A stretch of 63,726 nt of DNA, counting the filler, from Choristocarpus tenellus KU-1152 (lineage: Eukaryota; Protista; Phaeophyceae), in assembly GCA_964200185.2 (NCBI GenBank). It is 11 parts of 11 records of this genome, joined end to end, with 100 filler letters (N's around TTAATTAATTAA, not from the genome) between each part and the next. Parts side by side here need not be neighbours in the genome. Positions count along the whole stretch, not along the records: positions 33,053 to 38,895 come from CAXNAD020009618.1; positions 38,996 to 42,250 come from CAXNAD020021233.1; positions 42,351 to 52,718 come from CAXNAD020002968.1; 8 more parts are not named here. The stretch is one strand, 5' to 3'. Within the stretch, counting starts at the first letter, position 1. Every line of letters begins with the position of its first letter. The notes below the pieces were generated by a model. That model saw nothing but the letters and a program-made list of their open reading frames with translations. It was not told the DNA's origin and did no database searches. The position numbers were made by a program, and so were the translations under genes. Positions 36,785 to 50,137 of the stretch are shown piece after piece.

Positions 36785-39399
36785 TGGTGTCGATATCTAT
36801 TTTGGTTCAATTTCAATGTTTTAAAATAACTTTTGTATTAGCAAAAATAGGATAAATACCGATTATAGTTTTAATGTTAGATGAACAATTGTGGACAGAA
36901 AGTAAGAAAACACAGAAGATAGTTTATGTGTGGATATTGTTTGAATGTCGTCCCTACCTCTCTTGACAATTTCTGCTAAGCATCGATGTTTCTGGTGGAG
37001 ATCGCGGGAAAAAGGTGGAGAGCAATTCGGGGGCGCTGATGGGTAACCGTATCGCAATTTCTGGTGCGATTGATTCATGAGTCGCCACAAACAGTCAATT
37101 AATATTCGTTGAATGACACTATACAGTTACCGAGTATGCCCCTACAAGTTTAGATAAGGTAGATAAGGCAGGAAGAAGGGATCTATGTTTGGCATTGGAG
37201 GCATCTACAGTGGAAACATACCATGCACTAAGATTCGTAGTGGTACAAGGGAATAATCAGCAACCAGTGCACAGGGTCGCAAACGATCCATCTGCCCACA
37301 TCTAAGATTGAGAAAAATGTCATTGGTGCTTTGTTGGGTCACGAGAGCAATGGTTGAGCTCAGGAAAGAGGAAATGATGCCAACATCGAATTGAAACCAT
37401 ACTGAGTATGATACAGGAATATGAGAAGGCCGTATTACACGAAGACATGTGTGTCATGGCGGAAAGAAGGGGCGAGAAAGCGAGCATAATGCGAGGGAAG
37501 AACACAATGAATGAGACTGGCGAAGAATAGATAGGTACCACGCCCTCTCTCGTTTGTGACCATCCCAGGTTCTTCCTATTGATGAAACGTTTTGCACTTC
37601 ATCACGTCGAATTACTACCAAACCCTCTTTATTTTATAGATGTTTTTTGTATTGTACAGACAAACTCCAACTTTTGTTACTCCATGTGCTGCGTTTTTCC
37701 TCGCCTGTCTTGATTGGGCTTAGGCATGGCAAAGCGAGGCACCCGGTGACAAAAACCAGCAGCAAGACACATGAGAACAGAGGGAGGAGAGGAAGAATGG
37801 GTGACCAGGGCGTCTGCCAGAGGATGTGCAACCACTGGCAACACAGTGGATTCTTTGCCTGGTCTCAGACAATTGGTGACTGACAGGAGTGGGGTGAAAT
37901 TCACCGTTGCCGGTCTACAACTGGTATCAGGTACACTCCTGCTGACATAGCTCTTTTTGGCTTCATGCTTACTGAAAACATGGTGAACCTTGTTCAGGAC
38001 CAGGTGAAATATGTCTCTACCCTGCATCTTTGGGATTTGTTTGTACGTGTGCATCTATTACCTTAACCTTCTTTATCTGTTCTGGCATGTTTCCTGCATG
38101 AGTCTATATGGATATTGTATCCAAAAAGATTTAACATCCATGGGACCTTTCCTTTATATGGAAGTGCCTGCTTTTTTTTTCTCGCTGTGCATCTAGATCC
38201 TTCTGACAGCACAAGAGGGCCACACTAACTGCATTGGTGTTATTAGTCTCAAGATATTCCTTTGTTGGTGTATGGTGTGTGTATGCAGTACTCCGAGTAA
38301 ACACTATAATGTTAAACACACTCCAAAGTACTATTATAGTTGTGCATCACAAGCATTGCAGTACCATAAAAGATTGGTACTGTCTTGTTGGTGTTAGTCT
38401 TGAGAAATTCCCTTGTTTTAATGTATAATGTAAGTGTATGTAGCACTCCACAATGTAGTAGTTGCAAATCTCAAGAGAGGCATAGTGACTGTTAGTCTCA
38501 AGATGTGCCTGTATTAATTCATAATAATATATTTATATGTAGTACTCTGAGTATTCAGTATTGTATTTTTTTCGCACACAACATACTCCTAAGTGCGGTA
38601 GTTCTTGATATTTGTGCCAATGGAGACCAAACAAAACGAGTGTTTGGGGAAGGAGGGTTGCAGATATATTGAAGCAGGGGCCGTCCCAATGTATAATAGA
38701 ACCCACACTTCAGCTGTCCAACATTCGTAACTGACTAACTCATGCTGTACGTCAGACAGGTGCTGATTTATGATTGGACAAGAGGGTCAAAGTATCTGGG
38801 GGGGGGGGTGGTTTGTTAGGGGGCGTCAATTTACTGCAAGTTCTATCATGAAAAATCTCTTCAATATTACGCATACCTTACCTTTTTATTTGTCTNNNNN
38901 NNNNNNNNNNNNNNNNNNNNNNNNNNNNNNNNNNNNNNNTTAATTAATTAANNNNNNNNNNNNNNNNNNNNNNNNNNNNNNNNNNNNNNNNNNNNCCCCA
39001 AGATGGGTCTGTTCGAATAGACTCCTCCAACTCTATCAGAAATACTACTAAAGAGTCAAACCAAGTGAGAGGTAGGTGGGGTTGACATTTTTTACAATTG
39101 CAGAAACACCCTTTGCTTAATTGTGGTATCACTTTGTGAGTGGAAAGGGGGAATATCAATTTTATGTACACTATTGTGTACATGAAGCAATGAAATAGTG
39201 TGTTGCATAGGGTAAGAAAGATGCCTTGGAATGCACAAACTTGCCTACCTTTCAATGGTTTGATACTAAAGTGAATGTGGAGTTAGAGTACATAGCTATG
39301 GGTTGGTAAACCAAACCCTTCTTGTGTAAAGGGTAACATTTCTGTTAAACAGGGTGGTCGTATGCCCCACCCAGATGTAAACTAATAACTCTCTTACAA

Positions 39400-41200
39400 T
39401 ATCACGCAGCAACCTAGTGTTCATCGCACCCACTCCTGGATGAGGTGGGCTAAACTCTAACAAGGGACCACTCCCAACGGTGATATTTCGGAACCTTCAT
39501 TTGAAGTCGACGTTGTGGCGGGCAGTTGGAACTTATTGGTGACAAGGCTATTATTTCCAGATAGATGGAGGAGAATCCATTGACACCATAACAGGCCCAT
39601 CACCATTCTTCTCCTGATCAGAAATATACCCACTACTGGGAGTGTGACAATCGGAACACAGCCTCTTCGTATCTCATCATCCCCATTTGGATCCATGGTG
39701 CCACAAATTCCAGTCAAGTGTATGTAGTTATCCGGGTGTGATCGTAGGAATGAGACAGAGACGTTTCGCTGTGCACAACTTAGCCGAAGTATACTGTGGT
39801 CAACTAGTGTGGTGGGAATATGGACAGGGTTCTTATCAACTACCCTTGACAGGCATAAGTGTACACTTTAAGACTTTGTACCTATCCAGTATGACTAAAA
39901 AAACTTGTTATACCACGAAAAAAATAGCCTGTGTGACAAAGCAAAATGGGGTATTATTATTTAGGGTCGACTGAAAAGGGGATTGCAACTACTACTTCAA
40001 CTACTTCCACTACTACAACCACTCTCTATTGCATATTTTCAAAATCGCAAGGCCTCCCAAGTGTTGTGATTATTCTCTACATTTTGGTTTGTCCTCTCCC
40101 GGTTGAAATAGTGAGGTCGCTTTTGTGGAGGGACAGGACGCGTTACACCTCAACTGATCCATCTTATGCGTGTCGACTTTCGACTAGAAGATGATTCATA
40201 CAATACGGTGAGTAAAACTTGTCTACTTGAAAGTAGCAACATAGATGGAGCACTATTAATCAGGGTGTTTTCATCTGAAGATTGGCGTGGGTCGCCATCT
40301 TCTACATGATTCATCTGTCAGGAATTGAATTGCTCAGACAGACCATATAATATTCTAGGCTCGAATACGTGGCCCCATGCAGACCTTGCTAATTCCTCAC
40401 ATGCATGTTTCCGAACGGAAGGGTGGGGATGACCCACCCTTGGCACGCAGCGTGAATCCAGGGGATGTCTCCAACAAGCAAGCGACTACCGCACGATATA
40501 CGGTAAGTTATCCAGCTTAACGCATATCTTGCTCGGTTAGGTACAAAAAAGTATCGTGAGTGGTCCTTTTCAAAGCTGTTTATTGTAAGATGACAATATC
40601 TTTCTCCCCTCAACCTTCTCCACGACACCTCGCCAGCAATGCGGTCTTTCCTTTCTGTTTGGACTTGCTCTGGCGAAGGCTGATCTACGATGGGTGACAA
40701 GAGCTGTTTTCGAAGACCTGGCTACTGCACAGCACAAGGCAAATGGTCCTTCTCCCTATTAGCCGCTTTCTTACCATGTTTAACATGTTGTTCTTCCCAT
40801 TCTCGTCATGATACCCGATTGTCTAAGATCCCTCTCGCTCCTTCACCGTTTGATCTCAATCAACGCGCTCACACGTGCCAGTGCCCATTCGTCTAGATGG
40901 AGGATGGCGTGATGGTCTTGGGATGTGCGAAAATGACGCACCACCCCAGCCTCCCACATATATTGATGAGTTTGGTGCCAAGAGTACGACATTCCTCAAA
41001 CATACGCATATCTCCCATTTTCGGGCAAGCAAGGAAAGGCGATGAACCCATTCCTCACCATGCCCCTCTTTGTTGTTATTGTTGCCAATCAATGTGTCGA
41101 TCCTTTCTCAAGACCGTTTATACCAGGAATCCAAGAAATTGGGGGTGCATAATTGCTGGAAAAGGTGTATTGTACATTATTTGCACAAGTCAATCCATAA
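39400..41200 (-). mobile_element. Possible decayed retroelement relic, approximate limits
   Basis: Knuckle-like KVCMGP remnant at ~40370-40390 and broken short ORFs with no splice structure. Weak resemblance to 4560-7450. Confidence 0.2.
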
Positions 41201-42725
41201 CTCACGATCAGAGGTAAACCAGAATAGTGGGTATGATGCTAAATATGTTTATGCTCAAGACTGCTACGAAATTGCTTGAAAGTCATGTTATACTTACCAC
41301 CTCTTCATTGTAACCTTTTTTGTGATTTTATTGGTAACTTGCAGGGCCTCTTTCTGAGCGTGATGATGTTCATCACAACCCTCTATGTTCTCTGCATCTT
41401 GGTGCCAATGCATGCAGGTGAAAAATATTCACCCCCTTCCCCCCATGACTGTGAAGGTTATACTCTGTAGCTACAATAATAGTTCTCTGGAGTATGTTCC
41501 ATTAGAGATACAGCATGTGACCCTGGTCTGTTTCCATACAGACACAAATTGCAATGTCTAAATCTATGCATGTGACTGGAGGTGTTACATCGGTTGCTTG
41601 AGATCTATTGATGTGCAGCCTTCATTTTTTAGCATCACAAATGTCAGTGTTGTTTTTTATACTTTAAAATTTTATGTTGGAGTTCGCTTCATGTCAATAT
41701 TGTTGAACTTGTGACCCAACCTGTTGTCCTCAAGCCCATAACCACAGGGGTCATCTTCTCTTGCCGATATGTTGCTAATGTATACAGTTCTCTAAAGCTA
41801 ACACTGCATGGGACCCTGCTCTCTTTCCTAGCTGTTACATTGACCAGCAATGATATCATGTTATTGACAGGTTTTGTTCGATAGTTTTAGTTTTCCTTAA
41901 GAGTGTAACAATTTAGGATACTCCCCATGTTCGCCATTGATGATCATTGCAAAAAGAGAAGAGGGGAGGGTTGTGTGTTATTTTTGTGTAGTTTACATTT
42001 CTCCCTACTTGCTGCTCTCGACCCCCACTTGTTTCCAATGTGTTTGACACCCCCCATTCCTACTTCACCACTAATTGATGTGTATTGCTGTTGTCTTGGT
42101 TCTCGATAACACAGTTACTAGCTGGGAAGCCAACAGGGGAAGGATGGGTCGAAGGTAGAGTCTTGAATAGTGAGGATAGTTGGGGCAAGGCACGCATGTC
42201 TTCCATCCTCTCCACTATTGTAGGCAGGTATTGCTTTGCTTGATGCTAGGNNNNNNNNNNNNNNNNNNNNNNNNNNNNNNNNNNNNNNNNNNNNTTAATT
42301 AATTAANNNNNNNNNNNNNNNNNNNNNNNNNNNNNNNNNNNNNNNNNNNNGTCGTGTGGGCTTCACACCTTCTTATCTTCACTACTAACAAATAGCATTA
42401 CCTCCCAAGGTAATTTGCACACTCCGAAACCACCACCATTGACTACCTTTCCCCCTTTCACCAACGCCACACCAATCACACCATACGCACTCAATTCTCA
42501 CCCCCTTTACGAAGTGATTTCAGTCAGGCAGAAAAGTCAGAACATCCATACAAGAAGCAGAATTTCTCTCTGTACAGATTTGGTCACCCCTCAATTAGTG
42601 TTCATAGAGTCTCTCCAAGTCTTTCCCTAGAAAGATTGAAGATAACAAAAAAAGGATCCTCCACCAAAGCTTAAAAAGAGGGATCAACACAATCTGCTCT
42701 AAGACTTTCAGAGAGAAGTCTGTAT

Positions 42726-42985
42726 GACCCAAAGCATTAAAGAGGCTAGGAGTTCGACCCTGTTTGTCCGTTCGGGGCTTCATTTCCCACATTTTTTTAC
42801 GCCCTTTTTCGGCTTTCTGTGTAAACACAATTACCTAAAATGTGTACAACTATGAAAGGTGTGTCCAGAGCAAGGATATTGACACTTCCTAACAAACTCT
42901 ATAGCCAAAACTAATAATCAAAATTACAACATTGGATTAATGATCCCGAACAGACGCGACCTTACCCTCTTAAATGCTTTGACTC
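42726..42985 (-). mobile_element. MITE family A copy 8 (260 bp, diverged)
   Basis: GACCCAAAGCATTAAAGAGGCTAG ... TACCCTCTTAAATGCTTTGACTC. Flanks GTAT/TTAT match at 3 of 4 bases. Confidence 0.85.
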
Positions 42986-45743
42986 TTATAGTAGTGTACT
43001 AAGAAGGCAATGTGGTCGAAATGGGCTTATGTCGAAGGCATTTACGCCAGTTTAGTTGGTAGGTTCCACCGCTCCGAAACCCAACCACTGAACTCAATGC
43101 TCGAAAAGTGCCCTGAAGCTCTATATTGCGATTCTCCTCCTTAAAACTGGTTTTGGGGTTTCCCCTGCAAGAACACTCACGAGATACTTCCCCAGATGAT
43201 AATCAAGATCAGGATTAATATTGGGGTACACAAGATGCAGTATACAGAATGATATAGCAGTGGGCGGTGGAGCACTGGGCGATATGGTGAATAAGAGTAA
43301 GGTTTAGAATTTATGTCCAATTTCTTCGATTATACTACCACACCACATTTTTCGGCTTGACCAAGGCTTTCTCCTAGGCCTCATGGAATACTAAGCGATG
43401 CTGGGGTGAGAGAGCGAGGTACTATCACTAAGACAACACACCATTCACATTATCGGAGTGGTCAATACTTGTCTGCAGTGTAGTAGGACCCTTGATACAT
43501 TAATGTACATTTTGTGTTATAGTTAGCACAAAGGGAACTTCGTGATCAGGGAGAGAGCGTGGGTTTGGAGTTTCGTTAGTTCGCTTGTGTGACGTAACAC
43601 GTGGCTTGCCCATGTACTCACAATGAGCGTTTTGTGTTGCAGCATTTCCTCCTGCTGCTTAAAGGAACAGGCACTCACAAGATGGTTCAGACTTGTTACA
43701 TGTGGTACGCCCTACCTCCCAGTTAGAGCAATTTATATGCTAGATGGTTGATACTCCCTCTACACCTCTGCTAAAACATAATCCATCAACCTTGTTGCGA
43801 ATGTGGTTCTTCAGGCAGACGTCAAACCTTCTAAATAGAGTACATGCCATATTTTTTTCTATCATATATTGCCTTACTTCAGTCTAGGGACTTTGCCAAC
43901 CTGTGGTGTTAGAGGCATCAACTGCACACTGCACTTCTTCTCATAAGTAACAAACTGCCGAAACTGGCTGTCGCACTGCAACGGATATTACTGGGCCTGT
44001 TCGTGACTCTCTTCTTGCACATTGGGTTCAGTCATCCCACCCACTCGTCACTCCACCTCCCCCAAATCTTCTTTTGGACCCACTCGGTACCACTCCGTGA
44101 TAAAGGCTTGCCACTTTGTTTATTGAAACATAGGCTACTCTTGCCGATACACGGTTAAAGTTCAACATCATCACCTTGTGACGACTGTCCAATTCCATAA
44201 TCATGTTTCCTCTGTTTGTGATTATAGGCAATATTTCAAAAGTTGTGTCAGTTCGACAATTTTTTGTATGACGATAGATAGAACACTGCAGGTGTACGAT
44301 CTGTATGCTTCCACTAACCACTGAACCATGATTACGCTCATATTTGCCACATTGTAGCTTGTGCTCAGGGCTGTGTACGCCATACCAAAATCAAGTGCTA
44401 CAAGACCTTGTTATACTACCATGAAGTGAGATGTATTATTTACAGGAGGCATCAAGTACAATTGAGACTGTTTCCCTCCACCCAAGGCTGCTCAAGAAAC
44501 AAATGGACCAGGTCTTGCTTGTGTTCATAGGTTGCTTGAGCAAAGCAACTATTCTTTTGACAGAGTTCAGGATTTAAAAAAAATGTAGTCATACAAATCA
44601 CGAAGATGTCTGACAAGTGCGTCATGGGCCTATTGTTAGAAACCTGGTGTTTTGCCACTTCTATAATGCAGAAAGATCACTCGCTGTTGTCTATGGCTTA
44701 GTCTTCGCCTTTTTCATATTTCGATTTTCTCGGATGGGTCAGTACCGCCCTCTCTGCTTTCCCCAGCTACCGTAAATCCTGACTGCTGAGGGTGTTGGGT
44801 CATTCCCACGGTCTCATATGACACTGATAAAGGGCTGACCAAATCTGAGTGCAAATAAGCAAAGATGATATTGTGGAGAAAGTGCAAACTTCAAGAACAT
44901 AGACTACAATTGGTCCCCTGCATAGGCAGGTTCCACCCAAGGCCACACGAGTATTTGACAGCAGGACCGTTCCTGTCCCTGGTACTGGGAAGCTGCAATT
45001 TGTCCCCCTCGCAATGATAAAGGGATCAATTTACTGCCCTGTAATGTGGGATGTCCACGGCAGAGCTGAAATGACACAGCAAGGCTCTATCATATATCCC
45101 TACTTTGCCATAACAGTTCAAGTGGTAGATGAGAAAAAAGATTGAGGGTCCTGATGGTATAACACTCTTGTTACTCCCAGGGGCTCAAGAGCAAAGCTGC
45201 ACAGTGTGAAGGTGGAAAAGAAGATTGTAAGAAATCTATCCACGAGCCACGTTGTGAGAACAATGGGCAGTATTACTAGTAGTAGGCACTTCTGCCAACA
45301 ACATGAAGATGGTAAAAAAAAGTTGGACACTAAAATCGTTTACAAACAACACAGGGGTGGAGCTGAAGGGTGTGCATAAATGAACACAAAGAAGCAACAA
45401 AAATCGGATCAAAACTAAAAGTATGGTTATCTTCTCTTAGTGCATAGACTCTCGTGCCTCCGTTGAATCATTCTCCACAACCAAGGCTGGGTGCATCTGT
45501 CAGACAAAACACAGCAATAACCCTTGATGTTCACACAAACGCAATGTAGACGAAAGCAACCTGTGACCACTAAAACCTGTGACCACTATACAAACTCTTG
45601 CAGCAAAAAAAAGCAAGCATGAGAGCAACAAATCTAAAATCATGACCAAATCTGGGTGAGATTTCCTCACACACCTTCAAATAAACACTTGCCGTGACTG
45701 AACGACGTACACATTGACATAATTATATTCCCCTCAAGGATAC

Positions 45744-48167
45744 CCTCATTCCTGTGTCCTTTATCAGGGCCTGTAGGCGGGCTTGTGCCTGCTCCAGATG
45801 TCCCTCTAACTCTCTAACCCTTGCCAGCTCGCAATCTCTGTCCACCTTTACCCGGGCCAAAGCTAGATCAAGTCGGGCCCCTTCTGCCTTAAGCTCCCAC
45901 AGTCCAACCTTCTTAATCCCATTGCCTGCATCGACGCCTTCCAGGCATGAACTGAGTGAACCCTCCTTCTCTGCTAGATCACCGTGATATCCTTTGACAA
46001 GGCCAGCATTTAAGCCATCTCCCGTCCCTTTGTCAATCATTTCCCCAACACCATGAACATGTGCCTGAGAGTTGAGGGTCTGCCTTTGTGGATTGATTCC
46101 ATAGTCCTGTTGTTCTATACTTAGATCCCCTGTACCCAGTCCACCATTGCACCTCTCGCCTTTGACCAATTCTTGCCTCTCTGCCCTTGCTGCAAACACC
46201 CTTTCATCTGCTCGGTCATCTCTCTCAGGGTCAAATTCTTTAGTGCTAGGGCAACTAACCTCTTGTTGCTGTTGTCGTTCGGGGGATTTCCGCTCAAATG
46301 GCGAGCATGCTGGTGGGTGTATATACCTCATTCCGAAAGGGCCAGGTCTACCCTCTCCACCTGTGCGACGGCGATTACCACTACTTCTTGTCAAGGATTT
46401 AAATGCGGCGCCAATCCTTCCCACTAGGGTGTCATCAGAAATCCTACCATGGTTGTCATCAGTACTCTGCGGGAAACTCTCTCTCTTCCTGTTATTGTTG
46501 TGAGAGGCGACCGTGACTGGTGTGGAAAGGGAGTTGTTGTCCTGCAATACAAAGGATGCGGAAGAGAATGGAGCGATGGCTTAAAACGATTGAAGGGTAT
46601 CTCTATCTACAGTGTTGCCTGTCTATTTTTCACATAGTTTGACGGTAGAAGTAGTTGATGTTCATCTGATGTTGAAGAGCTTGTCAAACAGGCTCTTTAT
46701 GGTGCTGCTAGCGTAACCTCCATTTTTTTCTCACAATTGAAGTTGCCTTATGTCCTGGACATTGTCTTCTACGGATTAGTTTCACATGTATCCTCTTTCT
46801 CATTTTGTACATTCCTTCTTTGCCTCCAACCTGGTGAATTTAAGAGTCACACAACTGGGGGAAGGTCGACTCCCTTGAAAGCGGATTATGGACTGAGTTA
46901 ACGCACACTTTTCTCACCTCTTCCCTAAGGTCTCCGTATCTCCAGCTCGAACCTAGCCTTGCTTTCTCTTTAGGAGTTGATGGCATTGCCATGTAGTGTC
47001 CGTCGTGTTCATCACTGCTACCCTGGCCTCCATCCCATGGGGGGTTGCTGGGGTGCACTGAGAAGTCAAAACGAAACCCAAATATATTCCCACTACCACC
47101 CCCAATCCCATCGCCAATAAAGTTCGAGCGGAGGTCTTCCCCCGCCAAGGTTCCTGCTGTAATCGATCTCGACCCAGAGAAGGGTGATAGTTGAGACATG
47201 CGATCCTGACCTTCGACTATCACGGTTTGCAATGATCGCGTGTCTAGTCCATTGTGTGATCCCTCACCGCCCATCTTCACGTATGCATCGGAGTTTGAAC
47301 CCACTTGCCACATCGTGGTCACCACAGTAGGACTGGGAAGGTAGGTGGTGAATGTGGCAAAGTACAGTTAGCCTAACCTGACTTAAAAACCCAAAGAACA
47401 TTGCGCGTGTGCGCGCGTCAACAGCTGTATAGCCAGTATCCTCAGAGTGTTTACTCAAAATGAAATTCATTCTATGGTATTTTGTCTTAAGGCGATAAGA
47501 AAATCCAGTAAGAAAATCAGTAAATATATAAATAATGTACATAATATATAGGCAAAATGAAATCCACTAAGCAAAAGAAAAAATATGGAAAAAACAAGAA
47601 ACGCCACCCGAAGGTGACGGGCAAATTCAAACCATCTTCAAAAAGGTTACTATCTGCCCCGTGACGAAAGAGTAATCTGCAGTAGCCCGTGTTAGATTCC
47701 GTCTATTCCGACCCTTCCCTGGACATTCCTCAGTGGATTGAGCGATGTAGGTAGGTCTTTGCCCGAATGGTTTCGACTTCTATCGCCCGTCCTATCTGTG
47801 CGTAAAGCAAGTGGGGATCGAACCACAGGCTGGGGAACGGATGTGACTGGTTGAACGGGTTTTGATACGTTGCTTTTTGAAATGAACAAGGTCCATATTT
47901 TGCAGGAATCGAAGCAGGCCGTTTGTTTACGGCACCACAGACAGCGGGCGAGGAGTTCTGGGTAAAATAGATTGAAGCGTCGGTGCTAGGGTTGCCAGTA
48001 CTGTTGACAACCTCTTGGTGTGGCAGTGAAATTGGGCTTGATACCTCATCGTTCATGGACGTCCTATTCTGGCGAGGTAGTCCTAGTTCCTGCCTAACGA
48101 TCGGGGTTTCGGCTAAGGCAGTGAAAGGGTGTGACATGCTAACAAACATAGCACGCGCATCTGTCAT
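45744..48167 (-). CDS. Uncharacterised multi-exon protein, Ser/Gly-rich with coiled-coil segment; further 3' exons likely
   Basis: Long AG/GT-bounded exons 46541-45744 (798 bp; ELARVRELEGHLEQAQARLQAL) and 47332-46918 join in phase 0. The upstream ORF 47730-48176 is the probable first exon but its junction is unresolved. Confidence 0.55.
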
Positions 48168-48495
48168 GCTACCCAAACCTTTGCGAGACTTGCTCTTCTA
48201 CAATGCAGCTTTTGTAGCATTTTGGTTGGCTAAAACAAATGTGTATTGGTCGCTTCGATAGGATAATTCTTTTATGAAATATCAAACCTTTGATTGTTGC
48301 CCTGAGGGTCTTACCAAAGCCATAATGCTTTTCACTATTGATTCACACTTGAAATGGGAAATTTCGTAACATTTGATAATGAGAAACACCAAAAACTGAA
48401 CACAGGGTGATAGATAGGACTTTGTGATAGTGAATTTCATTTTGCGCAAACACCCTCTTCATCTTCCATCCTGTAAATCCCTCATCTCCTTAACA

Positions 48496-50137
48496 ATGTT
48501 CAACGAAGGAAGTAATATGGTGTTGTGGAAGTTCGTACTACCTATGATTCGAAGTCTACATTGGGTGAAGGCTGCCTTTGCAGAACTAGTGCTGGTCAGA
48601 CTTGGACGGACGATCCTATTTGCTTTGGTTGGTGACTGTCATCCACCTCATCCAGGGGACAACGTTATTTCTGCGGAATGGCTGTCACTTTGTCTCTTAA
48701 ACCACAAACTCATTTCAAAAGACAAGGCCGTTGCATCTGTAGAGCTCCAAGGATTAGATGGGAACAGGGGGTTGTCTGGATGTTTGGCAAAGCTGCACAT
48801 CACTTACACAGAAGCCGCCTTTTCTGGACCCTCAACATTGATTCTGAAGTGTGTACCCTTCGATCACCTCCTACTCTTCAGCCTATAAAATGCATTAAAT
48901 TTAGTTGTATATATATATTTGCTTCGGAGGTGCTAAAAATGTCTCCTTTCTCCAGATGAGCAATCCTGGACTCCAAGGCCGTCGTACTGTGATATCGACG
49001 GGGCAATCTAGAGAGGCGTTCTTCTACGAATTAGTTGCTGGGTGTCCTGATACACAACGGCTTGGCTACTCACCAGGAAGCATGGCAGAGGCGCTTACAT
49101 GGGCAAAGAAGAATGTGGGCGAGAAGTGGGGACTAAACATTCCACCGAGTCTTCTTCCGGGTGTCATCTACACCCACACTTCTCCCCTCTTTGGAGAATT
49201 TGTCATTCTAATGGAAGACATGGCAATTGAGGACTCCACAAGGGTTAACAAGATATTTGGCGACAAGATATGGTTTTCTGAAGGCCAAAAGGTGCCTGAT
49301 TACGATCCCCTCGCAGCTCTCGAAGCTATCTTTTCAATGTCCGCAGATATACATGCTCGGCATTGGCAAAATAAGTGGCTGTTGAAGTCGGAACAAAACT
49401 GGTTGAAGGGCTCAGCCTGGTATGCTGGGCAAGGGCGCACTGAATGGGAGCTTGCAATGCAATTTGGACGGTCGTCCTGGGAGCGGGCCAAAAGACGGTT
49501 TGGTTGCAGCTCCTCTGGTGAGTGTGGTATCTTAGCAGGGAGTGGGAAGGAAACCCAGTGTTCCGACAACAGTGACCAGGTGTTCTCTCTCTCAAGCAAA
49601 CTTGTTCGGATCGTGGATGAGAGCTTCGCACTGTCATCATGGAAGCTCCTGCAGGCGCACCTATGTGACCCTTCTGTGCCTTGGACGCTCTGCCATGGAG
49701 ACTTCCATGCTTCGAACATGTTTGCCTTCGCCGGTCTAGAGAAAAGTGATTACTCCCATGGGGGAATCGGATTGGCCCTTTGTGATTGGTCAGAGGTGGG
49801 TCCGTGGGAGCCAATGACAGACCTTGCCCAGCTAGCCATCTCAGATCTGTCACCATCACTATTACTGAAGCATGGGCGATAGCTTGTGTCACTGTACTGG
49901 GAGCGTTTGGTCAATTGTGGAGTTGACAAACATGAATATCCATTTACCAGGTGCTGGGATGATTTCTGCAGGGGTGGGGTAGAACGCTGGATATGGGTGT
50001 TTGCAGTACTTGCCACATTTCCTGGAGTGCCAAGTAAATTGGTGAAGTACTTCCATGACCAGCTGTTGGCATTCATAGAGGCGCACGGGGATCAACCACA
50101 CTATACTCTCAAACCAGTGGTGCTCTTGGGTGGGTGA
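48496..50137 (+). CDS. APH/choline-kinase-like (EcKinase-like) phosphotransferase; 2 exons; one in-frame TAG at 49880-49882
   Basis: Exon 1 48496-~48852 (AEWLS..GLSG..PSTLILK), intron to ag at 48955, exon 2 with REAFFY, ILMED, TLCHGDFHASN, CDW and DLA motifs. The same frame continues LVSLYWERLVNCGV..YPFTRCW to TGA at 50137. Confidence 0.85.

Noticed and set aside
37100-38200. Charged, coding-like stretch that could be a gene or Myb/SANT-type transposon protein
   Set aside because: Multiple stops and no motif I can identify with confidence.
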